NCBI GenBank assembly: GCA_030689605.1
Contig: JAUYFT010000026.1
Coordinates: 1-50,738 of the forward strand
DNA from: a bacterium
Lineage (GTDB): Bacteria; Patescibacteriota; Patescibacteriia; PEXW01
Direction of reading: 5' to 3'
Length of the DNA stretch: 50,738 nucleotides
Shown here: positions 13,802-23,049 of the stretch, in pieces
How positions within the stretch are numbered: the stretch's first letter is position 1
Layout of the letters: the number at the start of each line of letters is the position of its first letter
Notes under the pieces: generated by a model
The model's input: the letters and a program-made list of their open reading frames with translations, nothing else
What the model was told of the DNA's origin: nothing
The model's database searches: none
Translations under genes and position numbers: made by a program

Positions 13802-14364
13802 GAACGTTTCTTGGTTAGCGCGAGGTGATTGAAGAAGAGCGCGAGTGCTGCGAGGGTGATGCCACACTGCACTTCGCCGTTGCGGAGCATCTGCCGCAAC
13901 TTCGAAAGTGGCACGTACGTGATATCTAAAATGCTCTCGTCACCTTCTTGGCGGGCTTTACTTATATTCGACGTATTCAAGTTAGTCGCGAGGAATGCGT
14001 ACGTGCACGTTTGCTCGTGGCCGGGTGCCGTGAAGTACGTGCCCAGCTTACGCCACTGTGCAGCGCGTATACCGGTCTCCTCGAATAACTCCCGCTTCGC
14101 GTTCGCCAAGTAGTTTGTCCCTTGCACCACGCCCGCGGGTATTTCGTAAATTGCTTGCCGAATGGCGTACCGGTACTGTCGGAGTAGGTAAATACCCCGC
14201 CCATCATAAGCCACAATGAAAACACCCGGCGATTTTTGCAGAAACGCGTAAATACTCTTCGCCCCGCCTGGCTGAATGACCGTATCCTCCTGAATGCTAA
14301 TCCAAGGGTTGCGGTAGGTAATTTTTGTCCGTAGCTGCGTCCACGGACCGTAGTGTTTGGGCAT
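13798..14364 (-). CDS. NUDIX hydrolase (ADP-ribose pyrophosphatase-like)
   Basis: Nudix box GVVQGTNYLANAKRELFEETGI. Confidence 0.85.
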   Translation of the reverse strand: MPKHYGPWTQLRTKITYRNPWISIQEDTVIQPGGAKSIYAFLQKSPGVFIVAYDGRGIYLLRQYRYAIRQAIYEIPAGVVQGTNYLANAKRELFEETGIRAAQWRKLGTYFTAPGHEQTCTYAFLATNLNTSNISKARQEGDESILDITYVPLSKLRQMLRNGEVQCGITLAALALFFNHLALTKKRS

Positions 14365-14366
14365 GG

Positions 14367-14657
14367 CTAGAACCAGCCCGACTTAACTTCTCGACCCTCC
14401 GTCTCCACTGTCCAACTCCCGTCACTTTCCCGCTTGAGCTTGAAGTTCATCCGCTTGCCTTCTACCGAGCCTTCGAAGTCCGCTTCGTGATGGCGCTTTG
14501 CATGTTCAAAGAGGACGTCGGCTTCACTATCATCCAACTGACGGAGCACGCGCAAGCCGTACTGGTCACCGTCAACGGTGTGGTTATGAATGGTGGGCAT
14601 AGGTTTTTCATAAAGACGAGACATGCTCACCATAGCGCTTATAGTCAACTTTGACAA
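14367..14657 (-). CDS. Small hypothetical protein
   Basis: This ORF abuts the NUDIX gene. The ORF-track start is TTG. ATG codons at 14633, 14624 or 14600 are equally possible. No motif recognised. Confidence 0.4.
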   Translation of the reverse strand: MSKLTISAMVSMSRLYEKPMPTIHNHTVDGDQYGLRVLRQLDDSEADVLFEHAKRHHEADFEGSVEGKRMNFKLKRESDGSWTVETEGREVKSGWF

Positions 14658-14679
14658 AAACGTTAATAAATGCTAAAAT
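14651..14679 (+). promoter_or_regulatory. Sigma-70-like promoter of the FG-GAP gene
   Basis: TTGACA (14651-56), 17-nt spacer, TAAAAT (14674-79). The ATG is at 14699. Confidence 0.6.
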
Positions 14680-14698
14680 GTTAATAATAAAAAGAAAT

Positions 14699-16579
14699 AT
14701 GAAACCATTTGCAATGCTTGCAGAAATTAAGACCCGAGAGAAAACCAACCAAAACCTACATACAGCTATTGGTATAACGGTTCTGGCGTTATTCAGCGGA
14801 CTTGCGGGCTTTGCGTTCTGGGTAATGAGCTCGGCTGACCAGCCGAGTGACTTTGGCGTTGCCAATGTGCAGGCCGCGGCGGTAGACGGGACTAACAGCG
14901 TTACGCTCGCGTGGACTGCGTCGGGTGACGACGGCGCTGCTGGCCAAGCTACCAGTTACGACATTCGATATTCGACCGCGACGCTCAATGATGCAGCCTG
15001 GGGTTTTGCCACCGCCGTTGCTGGCGAACCGACACCCAAAGCGGCGGGGCAAGCAGAATCGTTGCTCGTCTCTGGCCTGGCGCCGAACACCACCTACAAT
15101 TTCGGCATGAAAACTACTGACGATGCGGGCAACACATCCACGCTCTCGAATATTGCCACTAAAACTACAGCGGCGCTCTCTATCCCGAACTGCGTGGAAA
15201 ACTGGAGTTGCAATGCGTGGAGCACCTGCACGAGCAGTCAGCAAACGCGCACCTGCGCAGATCAAACCACCTGCGGGACGACCAGTAACCAACCGGCACT
15301 TACCCGGGCGTGCACGCTTAACGCGGATGGCACGACGAGCATTCCGAGTGGACGCTCGGTTGATGCAAATGACGTCGCCCCGAATACGGTGCTCACCAGC
15401 GCCCCCACAGACACGCTGGCCACTTCGCGTTTCAGCTTCACCTGGACTGGTGTAGATGACGTCACCGCCCCAGAGCGCTTGCAGTACAGCTACCGGTTGG
15501 ACACTCGCGCCTGGTCGGGCTGGACGCTTAACAACCAGGTGAGTATCCGCAACCTCACAAACGGCCGACACACGTTGGCCGTGCGTAGCCGCGACGCGTC
15601 GGGGAACGTGGATCCATCGCCCGCCAGTGCGACGTTTACGGTACGACTCCAATCCTTAATTGCCGTGGGCGTGGAACGCGGGGGCGATCCAAAAGTACGA
15701 ACCTACACGACTGCGGGTAAACTCATCAAAGATTTCCTGGCCTTTGAGCGGGGATTTCGAGGTGGCGTGCAGGTTGCCGTTGCCGACCTCGGCGATGACG
15801 GCAGCGGTGAAATTGTGGTCGCACCGGGGAGTGGCCGGCGGGGCGAGGTTCGCCTCTTCCGCCAGGATGGTTCCCGTATCAACAGCTTCCTCCCCTACGG
15901 CACGGCGTACCGCGATGGCGTGAACCTAACGGCGGCAGACGTGAACGGGGACGGCACAATGGAAATAATTACGGCCAAGCAGAAAGGGTCAGCCAACGTC
16001 CGCGTCTTCGGCTATCGCAGTGGCCGGTTCACGCAGGTGTACCGAGAGTTCAACGCCCAAGTGAACACAGGCGTCAGCTTGGCCGCTGGGGATTTGAACG
16101 GTGACGGCAAAGATGAAATTATAACCGGATCAATGGGGAGCGGTGTTTCAACCGTGCGTGTGTTCAACCTCCAAGGGACAACGCTACGCCAGCTTGCTTC
16201 CCGTACGAACGTTCTGCCCGCCGCGCGATCGGGCGTCTCGCTCGCCACTGGTGACCTTAACAACGACGGCAAGGATGAGCTCCTCATAGGACCTCGGGCG
16301 AACGCCACGCCAACCATTCGCATGCTTTCACTCACCAACCGCACGCTCAATCTGCAATCGAAAAGCCTGACTGCATACCGGACGGTGGAGCGCGCCGGCG
16401 TCCGGCTTTCTACGGCAGATATAAATTATGATGGGAAAGCTGACATACTCGCTAGCTACGGTGCGGTAGGCCAGCCCCGTATCACCGTCTTCAATGGAGG
16501 CACATACGCGAAGCTGAAAACCCTTGATACTTTCGCCACCCGCGACCGACTAATTTTGAACCACAGTAGCGGCACCTAG
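14699..16579 (+). CDS. Membrane-anchored surface protein: FN3-like domain, Cys-rich module, FG-GAP/VCBS repeats
   Basis: N-terminal TM helix AIGITVLALFSGLAGFAFWV. Five D-x-N/D-x-D-G repeats are present (DLGDDGSGEIVV, DVNGDGTMEIIT, DLNGDGKDEIIT, DLNNDGKDELLI, DINYDGKADILA). ATG 14699 is chosen because the ORF-track start 14651 is the TTG of a TTGACA promoter hexamer. Confidence 0.8.
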   Translation: MKPFAMLAEIKTREKTNQNLHTAIGITVLALFSGLAGFAFWVMSSADQPSDFGVANVQAAAVDGTNSVTLAWTASGDDGAAGQATSYDIRYSTATLNDAAWGFATAVAGEPTPKAAGQAESLLVSGLAPNTTYNFGMKTTDDAGNTSTLSNIATKTTAALSIPNCVENWSCNAWSTCTSSQQTRTCADQTTCGTTSNQPALTRACTLNADGTTSIPSGRSVDANDVAPNTVLTSAPTDTLATSRFSFTWTGVDDVTAPERLQYSYRLDTRAWSGWTLNNQVSIRNLTNGRHTLAVRSRDASGNVDPSPASATFTVRLQSLIAVGVERGGDPKVRTYTTAGKLIKDFLAFERGFRGGVQVAVADLGDDGSGEIVVAPGSGRRGEVRLFRQDGSRINSFLPYGTAYRDGVNLTAADVNGDGTMEIITAKQKGSANVRVFGYRSGRFTQVYREFNAQVNTGVSLAAGDLNGDGKDEIITGSMGSGVSTVRVFNLQGTTLRQLASRTNVLPAARSGVSLATGDLNNDGKDELLIGPRANATPTIRMLSLTNRTLNLQSKSLTAYRTVERAGVRLSTADINYDGKADILASYGAVGQPRITVFNGGTYAKLKTLDTFATRDRLILNHSSGT

Positions 16580-16606
16580 TATCGTCAATACGAAAACGAC
16601 CCTCCC

Positions 16607-16628
16607 CCCGCCACCGGGCGGGTTTTTT
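16607..16628 (+). terminator. Rho-independent terminator after the FG-GAP gene
   Basis: CCCGCC-ACCG-GGCGGG followed by TTTTTT. Confidence 0.8.
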
Positions 16629-16696
16629 CGTTTGACACCCTACACGCTACAGGCGTAAGGTGGAGGACTAAAACAGAAACCAAAAAAGGAGAGTAC

Positions 16697-17707
16697 ATGG
16701 ATACAAATTCATTGAAAATTATTTTTGGACCATCCTGCGCGCCGTCGCTACGGAAAAGCGTCATTTCGAAAATCAATTGGCTCGCCGACCGACAGCACTT
16801 CACCCACATACCCTGGCAAGACCACCGATTCGCCGATGGCGAATTCCTACCGCAGATTCTGGAGAATGTCCGAGGGAATGACGTATTCATCATCCAGCCA
16901 ACCAACCCACCCGAAGAGAACTTCAAGTACGTGAAGATGCTCGCCCAGGCGGCGGCATTAGCCTCCGCCAAAAGCGTTACGGTGGTTCTGCCCTACCATA
17001 GGGATCTGCGACAAGATCGGAAGGATCGTCCACGCGTAGCGGTGACGGCAAAACTCTCGCTCCGAGAGATTGAATGTTCCATGACGGCAGCATCGTCTCG
17101 GCATATCATGTTCTTCCACCCGCACTTCAGTCAGGTTATCGGCTTCGTTGACGTTACCTGCGATCTACTCTACCCAACGGCCATATTCTTCGAGTACATG
17201 CAACGGCAGTTCGGCGATCGTCTGAAGCACGTAGTGCCAGCTGGTGCCGATACCGGCGCGGCGGGTTTAGCAGCCCGGTACGCGAAGCTCATCAACACCG
17301 ATTCTTTCGCCGTGGGGTACAAGATTCGGGACAAGAACGATTCCGTAAGCTTCCGTGACATCATTGGAGATATCGACGGGAAAATCGTTGCCGTGGTCGA
17401 CGACATGATCGATACGGGTGGTACACTCTGCAAGTTCATCCAAAAAGCAAACGAAAAAGGCGCCCAGGAAATTTATGCGTTTGCCACGCACGCCATCCTG
17501 GCCGGAGATGCAATCAGCAAGCTGCAGGAAGTTGCAGCAAAAACCTGTTTGAAAAAAGTCATTCTCACAAACAGTATCAATAACGAGCAGCGAGACCTTA
17601 ATCACGACCTCTTCGAGGTGCTGGATTGCGGCCCGTTGATTGGCGAGGCCATCTGGCGCACGCACGTTGGCGGATCGATCTCCGAGATTGCTGGTGCCTT
17701 CGCGTAA
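16697..17707 (+). CDS. prs: Ribose-phosphate pyrophosphokinase
   Basis: PRPP-binding loop VAVVDDMIDTGGTL. Good SD (AAAGGAGAG) upstream of the ATG. Confidence 0.9.
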   Translation: MDTNSLKIIFGPSCAPSLRKSVISKINWLADRQHFTHIPWQDHRFADGEFLPQILENVRGNDVFIIQPTNPPEENFKYVKMLAQAAALASAKSVTVVLPYHRDLRQDRKDRPRVAVTAKLSLREIECSMTAASSRHIMFFHPHFSQVIGFVDVTCDLLYPTAIFFEYMQRQFGDRLKHVVPAGADTGAAGLAARYAKLINTDSFAVGYKIRDKNDSVSFRDIIGDIDGKIVAVVDDMIDTGGTLCKFIQKANEKGAQEIYAFATHAILAGDAISKLQEVAAKTCLKKVILTNSINNEQRDLNHDLFEVLDCGPLIGEAIWRTHVGGSISEIAGAFA

Positions 17708-17939
17708 ACAGACCGATATAGTAACTGTCCTGTATCTACAGCCCGACCCTTACACGGCCGGGCTTTACTTTTTCTCTGGGGTTCCCGACGGTGCGGCGCG
17801 CAGGAGCGAAGCGATGAGCACGCGCCGTTGGGGTAAAGCGAGGCTTTCCTGCCGTACGGCGGGAAAACGAACTGCCCCGAACCACTCGCTTCGCTCGGGT
17901 ACAGGGCATGCACCAAAAGTTCTCTTTAGAGATGGCGTG

Positions 17940-17994
17940 CCATGCACCCGAACAGCACCGGCCTATAGGACGGTGCGTCGTGAGTGGTGCATGG
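17940..17994 (-). other. Conserved tRNA 3'-trailer hairpin (tRNA-Arg copy) that pairs with the CCA end
   Basis: CCATGCACC (17940-48) pairs with GGTGCATGG (17986-94), and 17992-94 is the encoded CCA. It is homologous to 45170-45201. Confidence 0.7.
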
Positions 17995-18068
17995 TGCGCC
18001 CGGCAGGAGTTGAACCTGCGACCTTATGGACCGGAACCATACGCTCTATCCAGCTGAGCTACGGGCGC
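17992..18068 (-). tRNA. tRNA-Arg (anticodon CCG), CCA encoded
   Basis: The reverse complement GCGCCCGTAGCTCAGCTGGATAGAGCGTATGGTTCCGGTCCATAAGGTCGCAGGTTCAACTCCTGCCGGGCGCACCA folds as a cloverleaf. Anticodon loop is TTCCGGT. Confidence 0.9.
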
Positions 18069-18097
18069 GAAATATTGAATTGACGAATTACGTGCGC

Positions 18098-19543
18098 TTA
18101 GACGTTCGATGCTACTGTAGCAAACACTACTTTGGCCTTTTCCAGCAAGTCCGCTGCGGTCGGGCGATCCTTGGCATCGACGATGCAGCGGAATATCCCT
18201 GGCTCGGTTTTGGAAGCGCGGAACCACGCCCAGGCGTCATTCGTCACCCAGGCTTTCACGCCGCCGTCTTCACCGCCGGTCGTGACGACCCGTGCCCCAA
18301 TCTTCTGGTACGCCGCAATGAGCCCTAGCCGAACCGCTATCTGCTTTTCACCATCACACTGCATTTTTGTCGCGAGCGTCGTGTACGAGGGCAAACTCAA
18401 TAGCGCTTGATCCAGCGTCTGATTGGTTTGTACCAGGTACTTAAGGATGACGGCCAGCGCTTGCAGCCCATCCCGGCACTTGCCTGGTGCCACAATGCTG
18501 CCACCGCTAGAGCCCTCACCGCCGATAATACTGCCGCGCTCTTCCATACGCGCCACGACATTCGTCTCCCCGACCTCCACTTCCTCCACGACCGTGCCGT
18601 ACTGCTGGGCCACGGCTTGCACGATCTGGCTGGTGGCATCGTTGGTGATGATGGGCAAGTCCCGCACGTCGGGTCGGGTTTCGAGTATCGCTTTTGTGAC
18701 TAACCCCAGCACGTACTGGCCAGAAACCACGGGCGTCCCTTGTCGTCGCGCAAACTCACTTGCCAGTGGCAAGACAATTTCCATGCGGTCTGCGTCGCAA
18801 TCGAATGCGCAAGCAAACGCTAAACCTTCGTCGGTGAGTTTTTGAGCCAGTGGCGCTAGGGATTCGTACTTCGGCTCTATTGCCCGCCAGAAGCTCCCGG
18901 CTTGCTCGTGGTAGAAATCTGCCGGCAACGTGAGCTCATTGGCAAAAGAAATTGTCGGTTCGGCTCCGGCCCCACCATTGAAGTCAAATAGCACGCGGTC
19001 GTGGAACGCCTCGAGATCGAAGTGCGTAAGTCCGCTCGATTGCTGGATGTGCAAGAGGTACGCCGCCAAGGCTTCGCCCTGCCGATTATCCAGGCCAGTG
19101 GTGCGCGAAGTTTTCGTGGGCGGCTGCAAGGCATGGCTTTCGGCAATGACCTGTGCGGCATCGGCGACCGCGAGGACAGCGCCACTCGCCTGCAAAAACT
19201 TGAAGCCGTTATGCTCTACAGGATTGTGCGAAGCGGTAACGATAATCCCGCCGGCTGCGCCAAACGTTCGCACCGCGTGTTCGGTGGCTGGGGTAGAATG
19301 GATACCAACATCAATAATGTTCGTAATTCCGGCAGCGGCTAAACCTTCCAGCAAACCATGTTTGACGTACAGACGTGATGGCCGCGTATCCGTGCCAATG
19401 ACTATGCTGATGGGCGTACCGACATGACCATTTTGGCGCAACCAAGAACCGTACGCGTACCCGTAGCGCCGACAAACGTCATCGGTGAGGCTATCGCCCC
19501 AGACGCCGCGGATGCCCGAGAAAGACTCTACGAGCTTACTCAT
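18098..19543 (-). CDS. Phosphohexomutase (phosphomannomutase/phosphoglucomutase/GlmM family)
   Basis: Active-site TASHNP and Mg-binding FDCDADR. ATGA overlap with the upstream gene. Confidence 0.88.
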   Translation of the reverse strand: MSKLVESFSGIRGVWGDSLTDDVCRRYGYAYGSWLRQNGHVGTPISIVIGTDTRPSRLYVKHGLLEGLAAAGITNIIDVGIHSTPATEHAVRTFGAAGGIIVTASHNPVEHNGFKFLQASGAVLAVADAAQVIAESHALQPPTKTSRTTGLDNRQGEALAAYLLHIQQSSGLTHFDLEAFHDRVLFDFNGGAGAEPTISFANELTLPADFYHEQAGSFWRAIEPKYESLAPLAQKLTDEGLAFACAFDCDADRMEIVLPLASEFARRQGTPVVSGQYVLGLVTKAILETRPDVRDLPIITNDATSQIVQAVAQQYGTVVEEVEVGETNVVARMEERGSIIGGEGSSGGSIVAPGKCRDGLQALAVILKYLVQTNQTLDQALLSLPSYTTLATKMQCDGEKQIAVRLGLIAAYQKIGARVVTTGGEDGGVKAWVTNDAWAWFRASKTEPGIFRCIVDAKDRPTAADLLEKAKVVFATVASNV

Positions 19544-20313
19544 GCCTTTAGCCCTGCATCCGAGTCCCGCTCGGACGGGACGAGTGGTGCGGGGGCGCGA
19601 CTCTGTAGGAACCGGCTCACGGTGCCCACATCGTCGGGCGAGCCGAAGTCTTTCCAGTAATCTTGGATAGTCTGGATGCGCACCTTCCCCTGGCGGGAGA
19701 GTTCGGTCACGGCGTCCGTGAGGTAGTATTCATTCTTCGGTGGTGTGGGCTGCACGCGGTCGCAGGCACCAAAAATTTCGGGCGTGAAGACGAACAAGCC
19801 CGTGTTGATGAGCTTCGAACCGACATCGTGGTCGGGCTTCTCGATGATCTCCTGCAGCTTGCCCTCGACGTCGGGGATGAGCACGCCGTACTTCTGGTAG
19901 TCCTCCCGCGGCAGCGCGCCAACGTAGCAGTTGCCGTCATCGCGGTTCATGGCCTTCAGATCTCGAACCGAGTAGAGGTTATCACCATACAGCGCGAGGA
20001 AGGCATGCCCATTCGTGGCTTCCCGCGCCGCCATGACTGGGATCGCGGTACCATACTTGGCCTCACCCATCACGGCGAACTGGTTCACTAGAGTAATTGG
20101 GTGCGGGTAAGTCCTAACGAACTCCTCGATGTGCTGGCTCAAGTGCCCAACCACAACGACGATCTTCTCGTACCCGGCGGTGCGGAGATTTTCCAGGAGG
20201 TGCCACAAAAAAGGCTGCCCATTCACCTCGATCATGTGCTTGGGCTTGTCCTTGGCTAGCTCTTTCATGCGCGTGCCCTTGCCGGCCGCAGAAATAATGA
20301 CGGTTTTGATCAT
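19540..20313 (-). CDS. Sugar-phosphate nucleotidyltransferase
   Basis: N-terminal IISAAGKGTRMKEL (G-x-G-T-R) and a length typical of the NTP_transferase fold. Confidence 0.85.
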   Translation of the reverse strand: MIKTVIISAAGKGTRMKELAKDKPKHMIEVNGQPFLWHLLENLRTAGYEKIVVVVGHLSQHIEEFVRTYPHPITLVNQFAVMGEAKYGTAIPVMAAREATNGHAFLALYGDNLYSVRDLKAMNRDDGNCYVGALPREDYQKYGVLIPDVEGKLQEIIEKPDHDVGSKLINTGLFVFTPEIFGACDRVQPTPPKNEYYLTDAVTELSRQGKVRIQTIQDYWKDFGSPDDVGTVSRFLQSRAPAPLVPSERDSDAGLKA

Positions 20314-20621
20314 ACGCTCTTAGATTTCTGCTCATGCCGGGCAGCATCCGCACACGTCGAATCGAAAATGTGCTTCTCGACGGCATCTCCCCGTATGCTG
20401 TCATAACCGACTATTGCACCACCCCCATTTACCCGCAGCTTGGTTGATTCATCATCAGAATTCTTGAAAAACTTCTTCGGCACATTCGTGCTGAAGGTAT
20501 GCCCGCACTCCGTGCACTCTTTAACGAAAATCTTATGCTCGCCATCAAACTCCACGCGGAGGAACATGGGCTTCTCCACTTCAGGTGTTGGTTCGATACT
20601 ATCTGGTGATTCACCTTCCAT
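20310..20621 (-). CDS. Hypothetical protein
   Basis: 103-aa ORF with an ATGA overlap to the nucleotidyltransferase. It has a single CTEC pair and no recognisable family. Confidence 0.45.
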   Translation of the reverse strand: MEGESPDSIEPTPEVEKPMFLRVEFDGEHKIFVKECTECGHTFSTNVPKKFFKNSDDESTKLRVNGGGAIVGYDSIRGDAVEKHIFDSTCADAARHEQKSKSV

Positions 20622-20625
20622 ACTT

Positions 20626-21666
20626 TTAGAAAATACGTTGGAGAACTTTCACCAGCCTATACCAACCTCTACGGATAGGCAACTCATATGCATCGAGGTA
20701 CGAAACGGTCTGCCCGCCAAAGCCCAATTTGAACCGGGTAATCCCTGCCCAAGTGGCGCCGTGCTTGCTGGCGCGGCTTCGCTGCGGGGTTTGGATGCCG
20801 TAGAAATCGTACCAAGATTTCCAGGCGAGCCTGGCGTCGAGGATTTGCCGCCACTGCAGCAAATGCGGCGCCATGACGTTGCGGTAGGCGTTGCTCGAGG
20901 CGCCGTGCACGTACGTAGCAGTATCCCCAAAGTGCACAACAATGTTGGCGGCAATCGGTTGCTTCTCGAACATGGCCACGTACACACGCAGCACGTCGTC
21001 ACCTAAGTGCTCGCGCAAGCGGCGGTAGTACGTGCTGGCGTGACTCGTGAACTTATCGCGTGCTGCAGTTTGCTTATTGAGCAGGATGAATTGCTCCAGT
21101 GCAGCCACAACGCCACTACCCGTGGCCACATGTACGTACACGCCTCGTTTCTCGGCCAGGCGGATGTTGTACCGCGTCTTCTCATGCATGGCGGCCAGGA
21201 GCATAGCTTCATCCTGGTGCAGGTCCAGCATTTGCGTATCGAGCGGTTGGAACGCCTTGGCACGTTGTAATTTGAGCTCTACTTGAAACTGTTTGAAGAG
21301 CGATTCGTTGCACTGTTCGATTGCCGATTCGAGGTGGAAGAACAACGTGCCCCTAACTTTCGCTTCGCGTACCAGTGCGCGCAGGAGCAATCCCAGTACT
21401 TCCTGGTACTGCGGCACAGGCAAGTGCGCGTCCACAATGGGACCGCTGAATACCGAGAGCGTAGATTGCCCGAAACGCCACGGTTCATGGAGTGCTTGTA
21501 CCGCGCCAACAATTTCTGCGCCATAGACAACGACCAGACGGATGATGTCGGTGCCAACTTGGTGTTTAAACTTCCCCCACGCCCAACTCTGCTGGAACGA
21601 CGAACGGCGCTGGGCCGCAACGAATGCATCCCATGACTGCGCGTCGGTCCAGGGTTGTACCTGCAT
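20626..21666 (-). CDS. FemAB-family peptidoglycan interpeptide-bridge aminoacyltransferase
   Basis: SFQQSWAWGKFK near the N-terminus, plus overall length and composition, match the FemAB family as I recall it. Confidence 0.75.
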   Translation of the reverse strand: MQVQPWTDAQSWDAFVAAQRRSSFQQSWAWGKFKHQVGTDIIRLVVVYGAEIVGAVQALHEPWRFGQSTLSVFSGPIVDAHLPVPQYQEVLGLLLRALVREAKVRGTLFFHLESAIEQCNESLFKQFQVELKLQRAKAFQPLDTQMLDLHQDEAMLLAAMHEKTRYNIRLAEKRGVYVHVATGSGVVAALEQFILLNKQTAARDKFTSHASTYYRRLREHLGDDVLRVYVAMFEKQPIAANIVVHFGDTATYVHGASSNAYRNVMAPHLLQWRQILDARLAWKSWYDFYGIQTPQRSRASKHGATWAGITRFKLGFGGQTVSYLDAYELPIRRGWYRLVKVLQRIF

Positions 21667-21667
21667 A

Positions 21668-22234
21668 CTAGCTCGCCCGCAGCACCGCCTTTATGCGCTG
21701 CGCTGGGTCGGTAACGGTCGACGGAACTTTCGCCAGGGCTTTGTGCGCTTCAGCTGGCGTGTAGCCAAGCTGCTCAAGCGCGGCCACGACTTCATCGTCA
21801 CCGCCGTGGACACCCGTTGCGGCACCCTCGGCGGGCGCTTCGAGCTTGCCGTTGAGTTCGCGTACAATCCGCTCGGCAGTTTTTGCGCCAATACCCGAGA
21901 CTTTTGTCAGGATAGAAATTTCGCCAGCGTGCACCGCCCGCGTAATGTCGGCCACGGTTGCGCGGGAGAGCACGCCGAGTGCAGACTTCGGTCCTACGCC
22001 GTTCACCGTAAGGAGTAGGTCAAACATCTCCAGCTCCTGGATGGTCCGGAAGCCGTACAGCTCCTGCCCGTCTTCCCGCTGGTGGTGGTGGGTGAAGAGG
22101 TTACATTCTGCACCAATATCCAAACTCGCCAATGTCTGCGCGGTCGCAAAGACCCGGTAACCTACCCCGGCAACCTCAACAACGACGAACTTTAGACTGA
22201 CGCGCAGTACTTTCCCCTGGAGGTGTGCAATCAT
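21668..22234 (-). CDS. ruvA: Holliday junction branch-migration complex subunit RuvA
   Basis: MIAHLQGKV start, HhH repeats (LLTVNGVGPKSAL, KVSGIGAKTAERI), and a C-terminal domain LEQLGYTPAEAHKAL. Confidence 0.9.
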   Translation of the reverse strand: MIAHLQGKVLRVSLKFVVVEVAGVGYRVFATAQTLASLDIGAECNLFTHHHQREDGQELYGFRTIQELEMFDLLLTVNGVGPKSALGVLSRATVADITRAVHAGEISILTKVSGIGAKTAERIVRELNGKLEAPAEGAATGVHGGDDEVVAALEQLGYTPAEAHKALAKVPSTVTDPAQRIKAVLRAS

Positions 22235-22291
22235 GATAACCAGTATACCATCCTGCCAAAAGAAAAACCGACGTCTCGTATGAAACGTCGG

Positions 22292-22963
22292 TTACTTGAT
22301 GTGATTCGCCCCATTACGACGCATCCAGCGATAGAGAGCAATAAGTCCAAGCGGGATGAAGATGCAGTACATGATGATGTTTGCAATGTCCTTACCACAG
22401 AACATGTACAGCAAGGCAAAGCAGGTCACCTGGCAGATACCTCCCAAACAAAGATCTAGGAAGCCGCGCCAACCAAAACGAGGCCAGAGAATGCCGAGTA
22501 TTCCGCACCCAGCCTTTTGGCACTGCGGCTCAAGCCCCAACCAGAAGAACATGCGCGGCGTCGCAGGTTTGTTCCGGGCAATCTTACGCCCCCAATGGTA
22601 AGCTCGGTACGCCCAGTGCTTGACCCATCGCCACAGTGAGACCAACCACGCCACCCGCCGCTTTTTCTGCTGCGGGCGAATGTTCGGTACTAACTGTCGT
22701 TGACTAACGCGCAGTTGAACGAATACGGTTACTCCCCGGAAGATGGCAGTCTTCACAGCCATCCAAGCAACCGAATGGACAACTGGAATGAGAATACACA
22801 GCCACGGGGGGAAATCGTTGTTGAAGACGTACATGACCATCCACGCATCGGGAGAAATCAGGTACCCCAACGGGTTATCAAGGATGCTAAACACCTTCTT
22901 CCTCCTTTGTTTCAGGGTTTCGGTTTTAGTCACGTAGCGTATCAGAAAACGCAGGATTGTCAA
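22292..22963 (-). CDS. Membrane protein, function unknown
   Basis: Several hydrophobic helices. The ORF-track start is TTG, so the true start is uncertain. Confidence 0.5.
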   Translation of the reverse strand: MTILRFLIRYVTKTETLKQRRKKVFSILDNPLGYLISPDAWMVMYVFNNDFPPWLCILIPVVHSVAWMAVKTAIFRGVTVFVQLRVSQRQLVPNIRPQQKKRRVAWLVSLWRWVKHWAYRAYHWGRKIARNKPATPRMFFWLGLEPQCQKAGCGILGILWPRFGWRGFLDLCLGGICQVTCFALLYMFCGKDIANIIMYCIFIPLGLIALYRWMRRNGANHIK

Positions 22964-23049
22964 TGCTTAGGCATGCTATATTCTCCCTATGCAATTCAAG
23001 CTCCCCGAACCACTCGCTCTGCTCGGGTTTAGGGCAGGCCAGCCACACC

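Noticed and set aside
14789-15652. 287-aa minus-strand ORF antisense to the FG-GAP gene
   Set aside because: It is a shadow ORF with Arg-rich junk composition. The sense strand has clear domain repeats.
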